38,683 bases of DNA from an uncultured archaeon (GTDB lineage: Archaea > Asgardarchaeota > Lokiarchaeia > Sigyniarchaeales > SOKP01). This document shows positions 9,580 to 19,938 of this stretch, piece by piece. The first letter of the stretch is position 1. Each line of letters opens with the position of its first letter. The notes under the pieces were generated by a model. That model saw only the letters and a list, made by a program, of their open reading frames with translations, was not told the origin of the DNA and made no database searches. The stretch spans positions 1 to 38,683 of the forward strand of contig CAZOYD010000031.1 in assembly GCA_964583985.1 (NCBI GenBank), written 5' to 3'. The translations under genes were made by a program, and so were the position numbers.

Positions 9580-10896
9580 TTATAATTCTTGGATTGCTTT
9601 TTGTCTTTCAAGTTTTTCTGCTTCAGTAAGTTCGATTTCGCCTCTTTTAACAAGGAATACAAAAATTAATGCGAAAATGAAGAAGAATGAACTTACCAAA
9701 AATAGTGTTTCATTACCAAGTGCATCGATGATTAGACCTATTAGAAACGGACCGAAAATTGCTGCCATAAAACTAAAGAAATAATAAAGCCCGGTATATG
9801 TTCCAATTTTCTTTACTGTGGGGGCCATTTCCCACACAATCACAATTGAGTTGATGTTTATAAAAGCCCACCCAGCTCCAGCAATAACGAAAAATATTGA
9901 GATCACAGTTGTATTTTGAATTAAAAACATGATTATCAAAGATATTATCCACAAGACGAGCCCGATTTTAATGGTTAATTTTCTACCGATTTTAGTACCC
10001 AATATACCTGCTGGAAACGCAAATAAAAGAAAAGAGAGTGCTACATAGAGCAACATTCCTCCTGCTCCACTTCGTGTTAAACCTAAAACATCCACTCCAT
10101 AAACTGTAAATAATGCCTCGAGTGCTTGGTATCCGACGAACCAAAAGAAAATAGCAAACAAGATAAACAAACTACTTTTATCTTTTTCACTAAATATGTC
10201 TTTAAAGCTTTCTACAATACTCATTTTTTCCTTTTTGGTTTTCATTTTTTCTCCTGACTTTTCTTCTGTTTCGACGATTAATTTGTATGTGAAAGAATCC
10301 TTTTCTTTTACCGTAAATATTAAGATAACTAATGATAGGACCATTATAATAGCTACAACTAAAAATGCTAAAAATAAGCTTATAGGAACTAGCACCAGGT
10401 TAAAAACGTATGCTATTACAGCACCGATACCCCCCATAAAATTAATTACAGCATTTCCTTTACTTCTATTGACCGGTTTTACAAAATCTGGCATGAGAGC
10501 CACTGCCTGTGATCTATATGAGGCCATGCTAATGTTAAAGAAAAACATCCATAGAAGTAATATCCACATGGGCTGTGGATAACTTACTATCGATATTAAA
10601 ACAAAAAAAACCGCAGCTAATGGTATTCCAACCATAAGATAGGGTATCCTTCGACCGAATTTTGTACGAGTATTATCCGAGATCGAGCCCATTATCGGTT
10701 GAATAATAACCCCTATAACATTATCCATTGCCATCCACGCACCAACAAGCGCATATGCACCTAAATATTGAAAAAGTGTAATATTGACTTGAGTGTTATA
10801 CATTGACCAAGATATGCCCGTTGTAAAAAAAGCTAAACCGATAAAAAATGTATGTCTAACATCTAATTTTTCCTTTTTTTCTGACAATTTTTTCAC
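9580..10896 (-). CDS. MFS sugar transporter (maltose/SLC45-like)
   Basis: About 12 hydrophobic segments; 'GSISDNTRTKFGRRIPY', 'ALMPD...RSKGNAVINFMGGIG', 'IGTYTGLYYF'. Confidence 0.88.
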   Translation of the reverse strand: MKKLSEKKEKLDVRHTFFIGLAFFTTGISWSMYNTQVNITLFQYLGAYALVGAWMAMDNVIGVIIQPIMGSISDNTRTKFGRRIPYLMVGIPLAAVFFVLISIVSYPQPMWILLLWMFFFNISMASYRSQAVALMPDFVKPVNRSKGNAVINFMGGIGAVIAYVFNLVLVPISLFLAFLVVAIIMVLSLVILIFTVKEKDSFTYKLIVETEEKSGEKMKTKKEKMSIVESFKDIFSEKDKSSLFILFAIFFWFVGYQALEALFTVYGVDVLGLTRSGAGGMLLYVALSFLLFAFPAGILGTKIGRKLTIKIGLVLWIISLIIMFLIQNTTVISIFFVIAGAGWAFININSIVIVWEMAPTVKKIGTYTGLYYFFSFMAAIFGPFLIGLIIDALGNETLFLVSSFFFIFALIFVFLVKRGEIELTEAEKLERQKAIQEL

Positions 10897-11039
10897 GTAT
10901 TTTTTTTAAATAGATTTTAACAATAATATACAGTAATTCTCTTTTACTATATAAAATTCTTTTTTTTCTAATTTTATTAAAAGGATTTAATTTCTTTCTT
11001 AATTTTTTCTAAACACAATAAAAATAAAAATAAAAAAAA

Positions 11040-11924
11040 ATGAAATTAGAACCCGAATGTGTTGGTTGCCTTTTTAACCAGATCATGCGAGCTTTAACTT
11101 TGTTAAACCCAGATCTCCCCACCGAAGAGATTCTCAAAGCTCAAAAAAAATTGATGACGTATCTATCAAACATTGATATCAATAAAGAAGAAACCCCAAT
11201 AATAGCAAAATTTGTTTATGGTATCATTTCTGAAACACTAAATCAACCAGATCCATATAAGAATATCAAAAAGCAATATAATGAATTAGCGCTCAAATAT
11301 TATTCTAAGATAGAAAGCATTGTCAATAAAGCAGAAGATCCAATTTTAGAGGCAATAATTGTTGCAGTCATCGCGAATACAATTGATTTTGGAAGTCAGC
11401 AAGAAGTACATTTTATTGATGATTTAAAGCACTTTCAAATGGAACGTTTAGTTATAAATGATTATGAGATATTTAAAGATGATTTAAAGAAAAGTAAGCA
11501 TCTATTAATTGTGGGAGACAATACGGGTGAAATTGTTTACGATAAGCTATTAATTGCTACGATCAAAAAAAAGTATCCCAAGATCAATATTATATATGCT
11601 GTAAGATCCGCACCGATTATCAACGATGTTACATTGGAAGACGCAAAATTTGTAAAAATGGATGATTTAGTTAAAGTAATTGAGTCAAACCCTACGCCAG
11701 GCATTCATATCGAATCATCTACCGAAGAATTTAAGCATTATTTTTATTTAGAGGATAATATTATCATCTCAAAAGGGCAAGGAAATTTTGAAAGCTTATA
11801 TGGATTGGATTTTCCCACGTTAGAAATCTATTACTTGCTCAAGGCAAAATGCAATCTAATGGAGCGTCTTTTAAACGTTAAAATTGGTGATTTTATTTTT
11901 AAAAAGAAAACTATTGGATTCTAA
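11040..11924 (+). CDS. ARMT1-like / DUF89 damage-control phosphatase
   Basis: N-terminal ECVGC, DPY, NTIDFG, DNTGEIVYD, PIINDVT, SKGQGNFESL, LKAKC. Confidence 0.92.
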   Translation: MKLEPECVGCLFNQIMRALTLLNPDLPTEEILKAQKKLMTYLSNIDINKEETPIIAKFVYGIISETLNQPDPYKNIKKQYNELALKYYSKIESIVNKAEDPILEAIIVAVIANTIDFGSQQEVHFIDDLKHFQMERLVINDYEIFKDDLKKSKHLLIVGDNTGEIVYDKLLIATIKKKYPKINIIYAVRSAPIINDVTLEDAKFVKMDDLVKVIESNPTPGIHIESSTEEFKHYFYLEDNIIISKGQGNFESLYGLDFPTLEIYYLLKAKCNLMERLLNVKIGDFIFKKKTIGF

Positions 11925-12394
11925 TGAGTTCCATTTCGTAATTTAGTTATTGCCTGAGTAAAGAATCCAAAATCACCAATTTCTGAATTTTCTGTTTTTT
12001 TGTTAAAAAATTCTTGAATCTGAGCATACAATGCCTTTTTAAATGGTTCAAATATCTCTAAATCCACGCAATCTCCAATCTCATTTTTATACAATGAATA
12101 GAAGCTATCTAAAGCCTTTTCTGCTTCAACATGCATGTCTTCTCTGATAACATTCTTATCTATTATAGCGATTAAAAAGAGATCATACTTGTTTACTATT
12201 ATCATTTGGATATCTAATCCTTTGATAATTATTTCTTCAATCTTTCCCATATTTTCACTTCCAAACATGCCAAGTGCTCCCACGAAGGAAGAGAGAAGAA
12301 TTGGATTGATTTCAGTGTCTATTATGAGATCTAATAAATATACTCCCGATTGTCTGCAAATAACAATACCCTTTAATAATTTTGAAATTTCCAA
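11921..12394 (-). CDS. Longin/Roadblock-like (profilin-fold) domain protein
   Basis: Pattern 'GIVICRQSGVYLL...NPILLSSFVGALGMFG...KIEEIII...LFLIAII' then helix '...FYSLY...F EPF' is typical of Asgard longin-like proteins. Confidence 0.7.
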   Translation of the reverse strand: MEISKLLKGIVICRQSGVYLLDLIIDTEINPILLSSFVGALGMFGSENMGKIEEIIIKGLDIQMIIVNKYDLFLIAIIDKNVIREDMHVEAEKALDSFYSLYKNEIGDCVDLEIFEPFKKALYAQIQEFFNKKTENSEIGDFGFFTQAITKLRNGTH

Positions 12395-12576
12395 AGAATT
12401 TTCGTTAATAATCGCTAATCAATCCTATACTTAATATTCCGCTTAAATTGAAAGCATGAAGCTCTAAATACAATAATAAAAGTAGTACTATATATATGTT
12501 TCTCAATTCCTACATTTTTCACAATCAATGAATATTAATCTAAATAGAATTAAATAGAGGAAAAAGATAAATAAAT

Positions 12577-13452
12577 TTAATTTTCTTTTACAAGTTCTCG
12601 TATTTTTTTAACGATATCTTTAAAAGATTTTGTCGATTCACTATTAGGATATCTTAAAATGAATGGTAATCCTTGGTCTCCTTGTTGCCCGACTTGGACC
12701 TCAAATGGTATCTTCCCTAATAATACAATATTAAAATCTCTGGAAGCCTTTTCCGCACCACCAGGTGGATAAAGATCAATAAATTCATTACAATGTGGAC
12801 ATTTAAAGCCTGACATGTTTTCAATTATCCCTAATACGTTTCTTTCCATTGTTTTTGACATTGCTATGGTTTTTCGAGCATCCATTAGAGCAACTTCCTG
12901 AGGAGTAGTAACTACGATTACATTTTCATCTGGAATCAGTTGCAAAATATCAAGAGTTTCATCGCTGGTTCCTGGTGGTAAATCACATATTAAATAATCA
13001 AGTTCCCCCCAAACAGCATCCCCTAAAAACTGACGTACGGCTCCCATCTTCATGGGACCTCTCCAAATTACGGGTGTGTCGCTATCTTGCATCAGAAAGG
13101 ACATGCTCATCACTTTTGTATTTAATGGACCTTCAACAGGATAAAACCTTTTTGCATCAGGATCGACACGAGGTCGAACTTCTGGACTAATTCCTAACAT
13201 CTTACTCACATTAGGACCAGTAATATCTACATCCAAAATGCCAACTCGTAAACCTAAGCTAGCTAAACTAATGGCAAGATTTACAGCTACAGTGGTCTTA
13301 CCGACTCCACCCTTTCCTGAGATGACGACGATTTTATGTTTAATTTTAGACATGTTATTTTGTATCTGGATCATTCTTTCGTCCATCATCTCTTGCTGGC
13401 CTTCTTTTACGGCTTCCTTTAAATCAATATCTGGTATTTCTTCATTTCCCAT
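12577..13452 (-). CDS. mrp: Mrp/NBP35 (ApbC) Fe-S cluster carrier ATPase
   Basis: SGKGGVGKTT, DVDITGP, PVIWRGP, DLPPGTSD, VTTPQ, ENMS, CPHC. Confidence 0.95.
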   Translation of the reverse strand: MGNEEIPDIDLKEAVKEGQQEMMDERMIQIQNNMSKIKHKIVVISGKGGVGKTTVAVNLAISLASLGLRVGILDVDITGPNVSKMLGISPEVRPRVDPDAKRFYPVEGPLNTKVMSMSFLMQDSDTPVIWRGPMKMGAVRQFLGDAVWGELDYLICDLPPGTSDETLDILQLIPDENVIVVTTPQEVALMDARKTIAMSKTMERNVLGIIENMSGFKCPHCNEFIDLYPPGGAEKASRDFNIVLLGKIPFEVQVGQQGDQGLPFILRYPNSESTKSFKDIVKKIRELVKEN

Positions 13453-13618
13453 TAATTCTCACCTTTTTTAAATCGAAAATTCTCATTTTTTTACCAATTC
13501 TATATAATTATTGCTGTTAAACCTCTTTAATTTATTTATAATAATTTGAAATTAGTAGTCTTTTTCTAATTATAATAATGACTATCAATTGGGATTAATA
13601 TTATAAATTAAAACTTTA

Positions 13619-13632
13619 TGAATCAATATTCA
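13619..13632. promoter_or_regulatory. Palindromic putative operator TGAAT-N4-ATTCA in the mrp / NifX divergent region
   Basis: tgaat-caat-attca. Confidence 0.55.
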
Positions 13633-13773
13633 AAATTAAATAAATAATTTTAATCTTACGGAATTACACTTGCTGCAAAAAAGAGTAATTATACAGATGA
13701 TTCTGTAATAAAAGGTCAATTTCATTATGGTTAAGTTTTTATAGCACGCTTTTTTTTTATAAATAATATAATA

Positions 13774-13787
13774 TGAATAAATATTCA
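13774..13787. promoter_or_regulatory. Palindromic putative operator TGAAT-N4-ATTCA just upstream of the NifX-family gene
   Basis: tgaat-aaat-attca, between an AT-rich TATA-like tract and the AGGTGA SD (~13799-13804). Confidence 0.55.
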
Positions 13788-13811
13788 GAATTTTCTAAAG
13801 GTGAAAATAAA

Positions 13812-14225
13812 ATGGTTATTATTGCTGTTCCTTCAGCGGGAAAGGGAGGATTAAACGACTTAATGGATTTACGTTTTGGAAGATGCGAGAGTTTTACCAT
13901 TATCACGCTTAAAAATAAAGATATCATGGAAGTAAAGGTCATTCCAAATCCAGCTCGTGATGAAATGGGTGGTGCAGGCGTTCTAGCTTCACAATCTGTA
14001 CACAATAGTGGAGCTAATGAAGTAATTGTAGGATCTTTGGGACCTAATGCTATTAATTCACTTAAATCTTTAAATTTGAAGGTGTATCATATTTCAGGTA
14101 ATAATATAACTGTAAAAGATGCAATTGATAAATATATAAATGGATCCCTCGAAATTTTAGATACTGCCAATGTTGCTAGACATCATGGCGGAATGGGAAG
14201 CGGCCGTGGAATGGGTCGAAGATGA
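13812..14225 (+). CDS. NifB/NifX family (FeMo-co biosynthesis domain) protein
   Basis: 'IAVPS...RFGRCESF...NP...GGAGVLA...VIVGSLGPNA'. Start moved from 13773 to ATG 13812, which follows an AGGTGA SD. Confidence 0.9.
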   Translation: MVIIAVPSAGKGGLNDLMDLRFGRCESFTIITLKNKDIMEVKVIPNPARDEMGGAGVLASQSVHNSGANEVIVGSLGPNAINSLKSLNLKVYHISGNNITVKDAIDKYINGSLEILDTANVARHHGGMGSGRGMGRR

Positions 14226-14265
14226 TATCTTTCTTTAATGAAATAAAGTCATTGAGGTTTTAAAC

Positions 14266-15174
14266 ATTCCTAAATTAATAACAATTACAGGTGGTAAAGG
14301 AGGGACCGGTAAAACCCTCTGTGCTGTTAATATAGCTACAATGTTTAAAAATCATGGTTATAAAGTTCTACTCATCGATGGAGACGTTGAGAATCCTAAT
14401 ACATATCTTTTATTAGGAGGAAAACTTAAAAATGAAGTTGCTGTTCCTTTTTTCAGACCTAAAATTATTAAAGAAGAATGTACTAAATGTGGTATTTGTG
14501 CTGAGAATTGCACTGCTCACGCATTATTATATGTTAAAGATTCATATCCCATTCCGATGTTAGCAGTATGTTCTGGTTGTAAATTATGCTATAAAATTTG
14601 TCCAGTTAACGCAATCGAAGAGGATTATAATGTGATTGGTTGGACTTATAAAACTAAAATAAATAAGATTTCACTAATGGTAGGAGAATTAAAACCTTCT
14701 GAAGCCCGTTCAGCAGCGATTATAGAATCACTTTTTGAAGATTTAGATTATATTATTAAAGAAAATCCTAATAAATACGATATAATTATTTTAGATACGG
14801 CTCCAGGAGCACATTGCGATGTTGAACTTTTAATCAAAAGAGCAGATATAGTAATTCCTGTAACAGAGCCCACAAAATTCGGGATGATGGATCTAATACG
14901 AATTATTGATTTAATTACACTTCTAGGGAAGAAATATAAAGTAATTGTTAATCGATCTTCATTATTAGGTTTTAAAGAAGAATTTCTTAAAGAATTAGAA
15001 AATAAAAAAATAGATATTCTTGGTGATATCCCTTTGGATAATGAAATTCTGGCTTCATACTGTCAAGGAGTTCCAATCATGGATGAAAAAAGTAAATATA
15101 GCATCAATGGTGCTGGATATATTGCTTTTCAACAAATTTTCGAGAATTTATTAAAATGGATGGATAATCTATAA
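14266..15174 (+). CDS. MinD-superfamily P-loop ATPase with inserted ferredoxin domain (COG1149), probable ATT start
   Basis: Walker A GGKGGTGKT is in frame upstream of the first ATG (14341); DGDVENPN, CxxCxxCxxxC twice, DTAPG, VTEPT. Confidence 0.88.
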   Translation: MPKLITITGGKGGTGKTLCAVNIATMFKNHGYKVLLIDGDVENPNTYLLLGGKLKNEVAVPFFRPKIIKEECTKCGICAENCTAHALLYVKDSYPIPMLAVCSGCKLCYKICPVNAIEEDYNVIGWTYKTKINKISLMVGELKPSEARSAAIIESLFEDLDYIIKENPNKYDIIILDTAPGAHCDVELLIKRADIVIPVTEPTKFGMMDLIRIIDLITLLGKKYKVIVNRSSLLGFKEEFLKELENKKIDILGDIPLDNEILASYCQGVPIMDEKSKYSINGAGYIAFQQIFENLLKWMDNL

Positions 15175-15186
15175 AGAGTAAATAAA

Positions 15187-16110
15187 ATGGAACGAAAGAT
15201 TGTTGGAATTATTTCGGGAAAAGGTGGAGTAGGTAAGACTTCTTTAACAGCATCACTAGCCCATCTTGCTAGTAAAGATTATAACATAAATCCCATTATT
15301 CTTGATTGTGATGTTGACGCTCCTAATCTTGCGATAATACTTCCTGCTGCCTCTCAAGATGAAATTCAAACCAAAGATGTGTTTACAACTCTTAAAGCAT
15401 CATTTCTTGAAGATAAATGCGTTCATTGTAAACAATGTATTGATGATCATTTTTGTGAATTTAATTCTTTATCTTGGGATGAGGAAAACGAGATTCCTAT
15501 TATTGAATATCTAGCTTGTGAGGGTTGTGGTGCTTGTAAAGTGTTATGTTCCGAGCATGCTTTTAAAATTGAACCCGTTAAAAGCGGTGAAATTATCTCA
15601 TATACCTCAAAAATGGAATTTCCTCTAGTTTATGGTAAAACAAAATTAGGAAGCACCACTTCAGGAAAATTGGTCTCTGATGTAAAGCAATTTGCTAAAG
15701 ATCTAAAAGAATTTTCGAATTGTAATCTTGTTCTTATTGATGGTCCTCCTGGTATTGGTTGTCCAGTTATCGCAACAGTTTCAGGATTAGATTATATAAT
15801 TACAATTACCGAACCCACGCCTTCAGGTTTACACGATCTTATAAGAGCAATCGAAGTTATTGAACAATTTAATCTTCCCTTTGGAATAATTGTTAATAAG
15901 TATGATATTGTTAGTGATTTTCGTAAGAAATTTGAAACTTTCATTAAAAATACGGGATATGATATTTTAGGAAAAATACCATTTGATTTATCTATTCCTG
16001 AAGCAATGTCATTTGCCAAGCCTGTGGTTGAATATGCACCTGAATCAAAAGCGAGTATAAGCATATTTGAAATTTTTGCTAGATTAAAATCTATACTATG
16101 GATTAATTAA
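15187..16110 (+). CDS. MinD-superfamily P-loop ATPase with inserted ferredoxin domain (COG1149), second copy
   Basis: SGKGGVGKTS, DCDVDAPNL, CEGCGACKVLC, SGKLV, DGPPGIGCPVIA, TEPTPSGLHDL. Confidence 0.93.
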   Translation: MERKIVGIISGKGGVGKTSLTASLAHLASKDYNINPIILDCDVDAPNLAIILPAASQDEIQTKDVFTTLKASFLEDKCVHCKQCIDDHFCEFNSLSWDEENEIPIIEYLACEGCGACKVLCSEHAFKIEPVKSGEIISYTSKMEFPLVYGKTKLGSTTSGKLVSDVKQFAKDLKEFSNCNLVLIDGPPGIGCPVIATVSGLDYIITITEPTPSGLHDLIRAIEVIEQFNLPFGIIVNKYDIVSDFRKKFETFIKNTGYDILGKIPFDLSIPEAMSFAKPVVEYAPESKASISIFEIFARLKSILWIN

Positions 16111-16143
16111 AAAATTAAAAAAAAAGAAATTAAAAATTAATTT

Positions 16144-17550
16144 TTAGAAGCCAAGTTCTTTAAGTTTCTTTTTATTCTCCATCCAGACCTGTGGAGTAAT
16201 TGGGTACTTTTTCCAGTAAATTATAAGACATATTGCTAAAATAATTGCTGGAATTACACCCATATGCAAACGAATGCCCATTTGGCTAGCTAGAGTTTGT
16301 GTTGATGAGCCTTCAACAAATCCAGTCAATAAATGCACTACTGTAAATATTCCTATTTGAGCTGCTCGAGCGAATCGGGAAAGGAAACCTGAGATACCCA
16401 CTGTTGTTCCCCTATTTGGGGAACCTGTTAATATTACTCTCTCATCAAGAACGTCTGCAAAATATACTGTAAACAATGCCCAGTAATTACCCATAGCAAA
16501 GCCCAAAATAGTCATATAAATTAAAGAATCTATTAAGCCAGTAAAAAGGGGAGTTATAAAAGTAGCTGGAACAAGACAAATTCCTCCTATTATCGCCATC
16601 TTCTTATTATTCTTTACTTTTTTTGCTATCTTGATCCAAATGGGAATTGAAATTAGCGAAGCATTCAAAAATATGGCGAATAATAAAATCATGTTAGTTT
16701 CTACGCCAAGTGGAGGTCCAGGCAATACATAATTAGCCGCATATGGTATAGAAGCTGTTAACGATCCTGTTACTACTTGAAATCCAAAAAAGAGAACAAT
16801 ATAGAAAACAAAGCTTTTCTGTTTCAAGGTAGATTTCAGTGCTGTGATAAAATTTTCAGATTTCTCTTGACCTATGTAATATCTCTCTATTAATTCCTTA
16901 TTTTCTCGCATTCCTGGAAGCATTAATAACGAGACAGGTGCTAATGTGGCAATCATTATCCAAATCATCGGTATATAAGCTCCTGGAGCATTTATTCCTC
17001 CAAAAAGTTTAAGGAGTATTGGTGGGACCATATTAGCTAAAGGTAAAGCTAACATTGAAAAAAATGTTGACCAACCACTACCTCTTCTACGAGCGCTCTC
17101 AGTTTGAAATTTATCAGGAAAGAGTGCACTTACATTAACAAAACAGAGTGTATAAAGGGAATCAAATAATATTGTTGTGAATACAACCCACCAAAAAATT
17201 GTCATTGTATCACCTAAAGGTGGCATAAATACAAGAGCAAGTATAAAGTTCCCGGGGATGATTCCAATGACAATCCAAATGAACCTCTTCCCTATTTTTC
17301 TTGTAAATTTTGTCAATCTATCAGTAAGATGACCAAGCAAAGGATCATTAACCGCATCCCATATTGTGAAGAATAACATTGCCAGAAACATTAATTCAGT
17401 TGGTAAACCAACAACAGCTTCATAAAAGAAGATCAAATAAGCATTAAACACTGAATATGATAACATGCTCCAGAAACTTGCAGAACCATAAGAAATTGTA
17501 TTGAGTAAAGATGGCTCTTTATAAGATAATTCTTCATTCATTTCATTCAC
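16144..17550 (-). CDS. GPH-family (MFS_2, MelB-like) transporter
   Basis: 'WDAVNDPLLGHLTDR', 'FADVLDE', about 12 TM segments, C-terminal 'YPIT'. Confidence 0.88.
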   Translation of the reverse strand: MNEMNEELSYKEPSLLNTISYGSASFWSMLSYSVFNAYLIFFYEAVVGLPTELMFLAMLFFTIWDAVNDPLLGHLTDRLTKFTRKIGKRFIWIVIGIIPGNFILALVFMPPLGDTMTIFWWVVFTTILFDSLYTLCFVNVSALFPDKFQTESARRRGSGWSTFFSMLALPLANMVPPILLKLFGGINAPGAYIPMIWIMIATLAPVSLLMLPGMRENKELIERYYIGQEKSENFITALKSTLKQKSFVFYIVLFFGFQVVTGSLTASIPYAANYVLPGPPLGVETNMILLFAIFLNASLISIPIWIKIAKKVKNNKKMAIIGGICLVPATFITPLFTGLIDSLIYMTILGFAMGNYWALFTVYFADVLDERVILTGSPNRGTTVGISGFLSRFARAAQIGIFTVVHLLTGFVEGSSTQTLASQMGIRLHMGVIPAIILAICLIIYWKKYPITPQVWMENKKKLKELGF

Positions 17551-17638
17551 ACTAATTTTAAGCTAAAGTATAAATTAAATATATTTTGCTAAAATTATAT
17601 ATAAAGGTATCTAGCTTCCTTGATAAGGAAAAAAGAGA

Positions 17639-18484
17639 TTAATATAATTTTGGCTTTTCTTGAGGGAAACCTAACATTTCAGAAGTCATTTGCTGAAAAT
17701 TATCAAAATGACCTGGAAGAGTTTTTTGAACGTAAAAGGCTTCAGCAACTTCTACACCTACCTTCTTTCCAATAACAGATGCTATTGACCGCAGAAGGCT
17801 ATTTGCATATTTCGTGAGTTTTTTCAATTGCTTTTCAGAAACATTTGCAGGATCAATATTTGGAGAAAATAATTCTGCTAAGAGTTCTAATGTAGCTTCA
17901 AATTTCAAAGCAGCATTCACTTTTTTTTCTAAAGAAGAGGATATGTCGACAAATGCATTTGGATAATGTCCTAATAATCCCATCAACCAAATTTCAGAAC
18001 AAGTATGTGGTTGAACCTCTGTATCTATTTGATCTTGATATAAAAGGGGAAATGCTGCAAAAGCTCCAGCTTCAGCAGCCATTCTTCCAACAACAACGTG
18101 ATCTGGATGCACTTCATACTTAGCCCAAGGATCGAATGTTACTACCCGATCTGCCTTATACTTTCTAACATAATATACTAATTCTTTTCTTAAAACTGCA
18201 GGGTCAATGAATCCCGCGTCAGGATATCCTAAAATTAAGGTCTCCTTGAATCCTAATATTTTATTCGCGGCTTTAAGTTCTTGTTCTCTTTTTTTAGCAA
18301 CATCCACTTTAGTTAAATCAGTTCTAAGAGTTCCAACTTCTCCATTAGTGCAACATATAACATATACATCATGCCCTTCTTCAACCCACCTTGCTAGTGT
18401 TCCTGCACTAAAAAATGAAAGATCATCAGGATGAGCAATGATTGCCAATACATTTAATTGATCAATAGGAATTTCTAACACCAA
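17639..18484 (-). CDS. PIG-L/LmbE family N-deacetylase
   Basis: AHPDD, TNGEVG, 'R..E...A..ILG', HPDH. Confidence 0.92.
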   Translation of the reverse strand: MVLEIPIDQLNVLAIIAHPDDLSFFSAGTLARWVEEGHDVYVICCTNGEVGTLRTDLTKVDVAKKREQELKAANKILGFKETLILGYPDAGFIDPAVLRKELVYYVRKYKADRVVTFDPWAKYEVHPDHVVVGRMAAEAGAFAAFPLLYQDQIDTEVQPHTCSEIWLMGLLGHYPNAFVDISSSLEKKVNAALKFEATLELLAELFSPNIDPANVSEKQLKKLTKYANSLLRSIASVIGKKVGVEVAEAFYVQKTLPGHFDNFQQMTSEMLGFPQEKPKLY

Positions 18485-18510
18485 ATGAAATTAATAAAAA
18501 TTATTAATAT

Positions 18511-19938
18511 CTATATTGAAAGCTCTTTTTTAGCTTTTTCAATCAATTTTTCAAGATCCTTTTTAATATCATTTTCAAGTGGTTCGGGAATATGTTCAGT
18601 GAGAATTTTTTCCTTTAAAATTTCACATCGTCTCTTCATGCTTGTTGCTCCATTCTTTTGCCATTTCTCATAACCATATCTATCTAGTAATGATGGAAAC
18701 CATAGTTCATTACGAATATTATTTCTTGTATGCTTATTACTAAGAAAAGATCCTTTAGGACCAATTTCTCTAATTAAATCGATTGCAAAAGCTTCATCAT
18801 TAAAATTCACTTTGCGATGCATTGTTTCAACATAAGAAATGATTTCGGATTGCATTATAAGCATGTCTAATGATGCTGCTTGATCCATCCCACAAATTCC
18901 CATGTGACCATAAATATCTGCTTCTGTTAAAGAACCTACTCCCAATGTAACTCCACTTTCTAATCCTGCTTGAGCATCTATTGTCTTTGAATCTGTTAAT
19001 CCAGCGTTAATATATACTGGAAAATTATAATACTTACCCATCTGACTCATTGCAACCGAAAAAATCACTTGTTCCGGACCACCAAAAATAATTTGAGCGG
19101 TTTTCATATCAAAAGCGTGACAAATCCCTCCATAACATATTGGGGTGCCTTCCTGAATTATTTGAGTGATACAGATGGCTGCTAATATCTCAGCGTTCTC
19201 AAGTGCAATGGTTCCTGCAATTGTTGCGGGAGCAGATACTCCCATCTGAACCATGGGTCCGACTTGAACGGGCAAATTTAATTTACAAGTTTCAAATAAT
19301 AAATCAATTCCATTAAAGGGAAAGCTCAACGGGCTTACTGGCTCAAATAGGGGATAACAGAGAGGATATTTTCTTGCACTTTCTTCATCACCTCTAAGAA
19401 CAGTAAAAAAATCGTTGAGATATTTCGCAGAAGACCGATCATAAAACCAAAAACCAATTGGCTTGATAGTATTTTTAACCATTTCAAGTGCTACTGTTAA
19501 ACAACGCCATTGTAAAGGAATCTCGATTGGGTCGGCCATTGCTCCCGGGATGGTGATTTGCTCTAAGAAATCGCCTAACTTCACCGATTTTTCTATGTCG
19601 TTCAAGGTAGGCTGACGCCGACTGCCGTCTAACGAATCCAACCAATGAGCTTGCCCAAAGGAGGTATTATAATTTCTCTTTCCAACGCCAAATTCTGCTT
19701 TTTTAGATAGCTCTCTCCCATATATAGTAAATTTCTTACTCGCTTTAGAAATTAACTCTTTAACCAAGTGAGGAGGAATTCGCACTAATCCAGTCTTAGA
19801 ATTCACTTTTGCCCCGATGTCATCAAATAAAGCTATGATTTTTTCATGCGGAATTGTAATTCCAACTTTTTCAAGGATTTCGAGAGATTTAATATGAATA
19901 ATATCGATTTCATTTTTAGAAAGCAATTCTAGTCTCAA
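18511..19938 (-). CDS. Trimethylamine methyltransferase (MttB) superfamily member, non-pyrrolysine
   Basis: 'IHIKSLEILEKVGI', 'PVSPL', 'SAPATIAGTIALENAEILA', 'GLTDSKTIDAQAGLES', 'IGPKGSFL..HT'; no in-frame TAG. Confidence 0.92.
   Translation of the reverse strand: MRLELLSKNEIDIIHIKSLEILEKVGITIPHEKIIALFDDIGAKVNSKTGLVRIPPHLVKELISKASKKFTIYGRELSKKAEFGVGKRNYNTSFGQAHWLDSLDGSRRQPTLNDIEKSVKLGDFLEQITIPGAMADPIEIPLQWRCLTVALEMVKNTIKPIGFWFYDRSSAKYLNDFFTVLRGDEESARKYPLCYPLFEPVSPLSFPFNGIDLLFETCKLNLPVQVGPMVQMGVSAPATIAGTIALENAEILAAICITQIIQEGTPICYGGICHAFDMKTAQIIFGGPEQVIFSVAMSQMGKYYNFPVYINAGLTDSKTIDAQAGLESGVTLGVGSLTEADIYGHMGICGMDQAASLDMLIMQSEIISYVETMHRKVNFNDEAFAIDLIREIGPKGSFLSNKHTRNNIRNELWFPSLLDRYGYEKWQKNGATSMKRRCEILKEKILTEHIPEPLENDIKKDLEKLIEKAKKELSI

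Noticed and set aside
13773-13811. ORF-track start of the NifX-family gene
   Set aside because: That ATG overlaps the palindrome and lies upstream of the SD; ATG 13812 fits the family N-terminus.
18511-19938. Pyrrolysine-containing MttB
   Set aside because: The ORF is uninterrupted, with Leu at the expected position.
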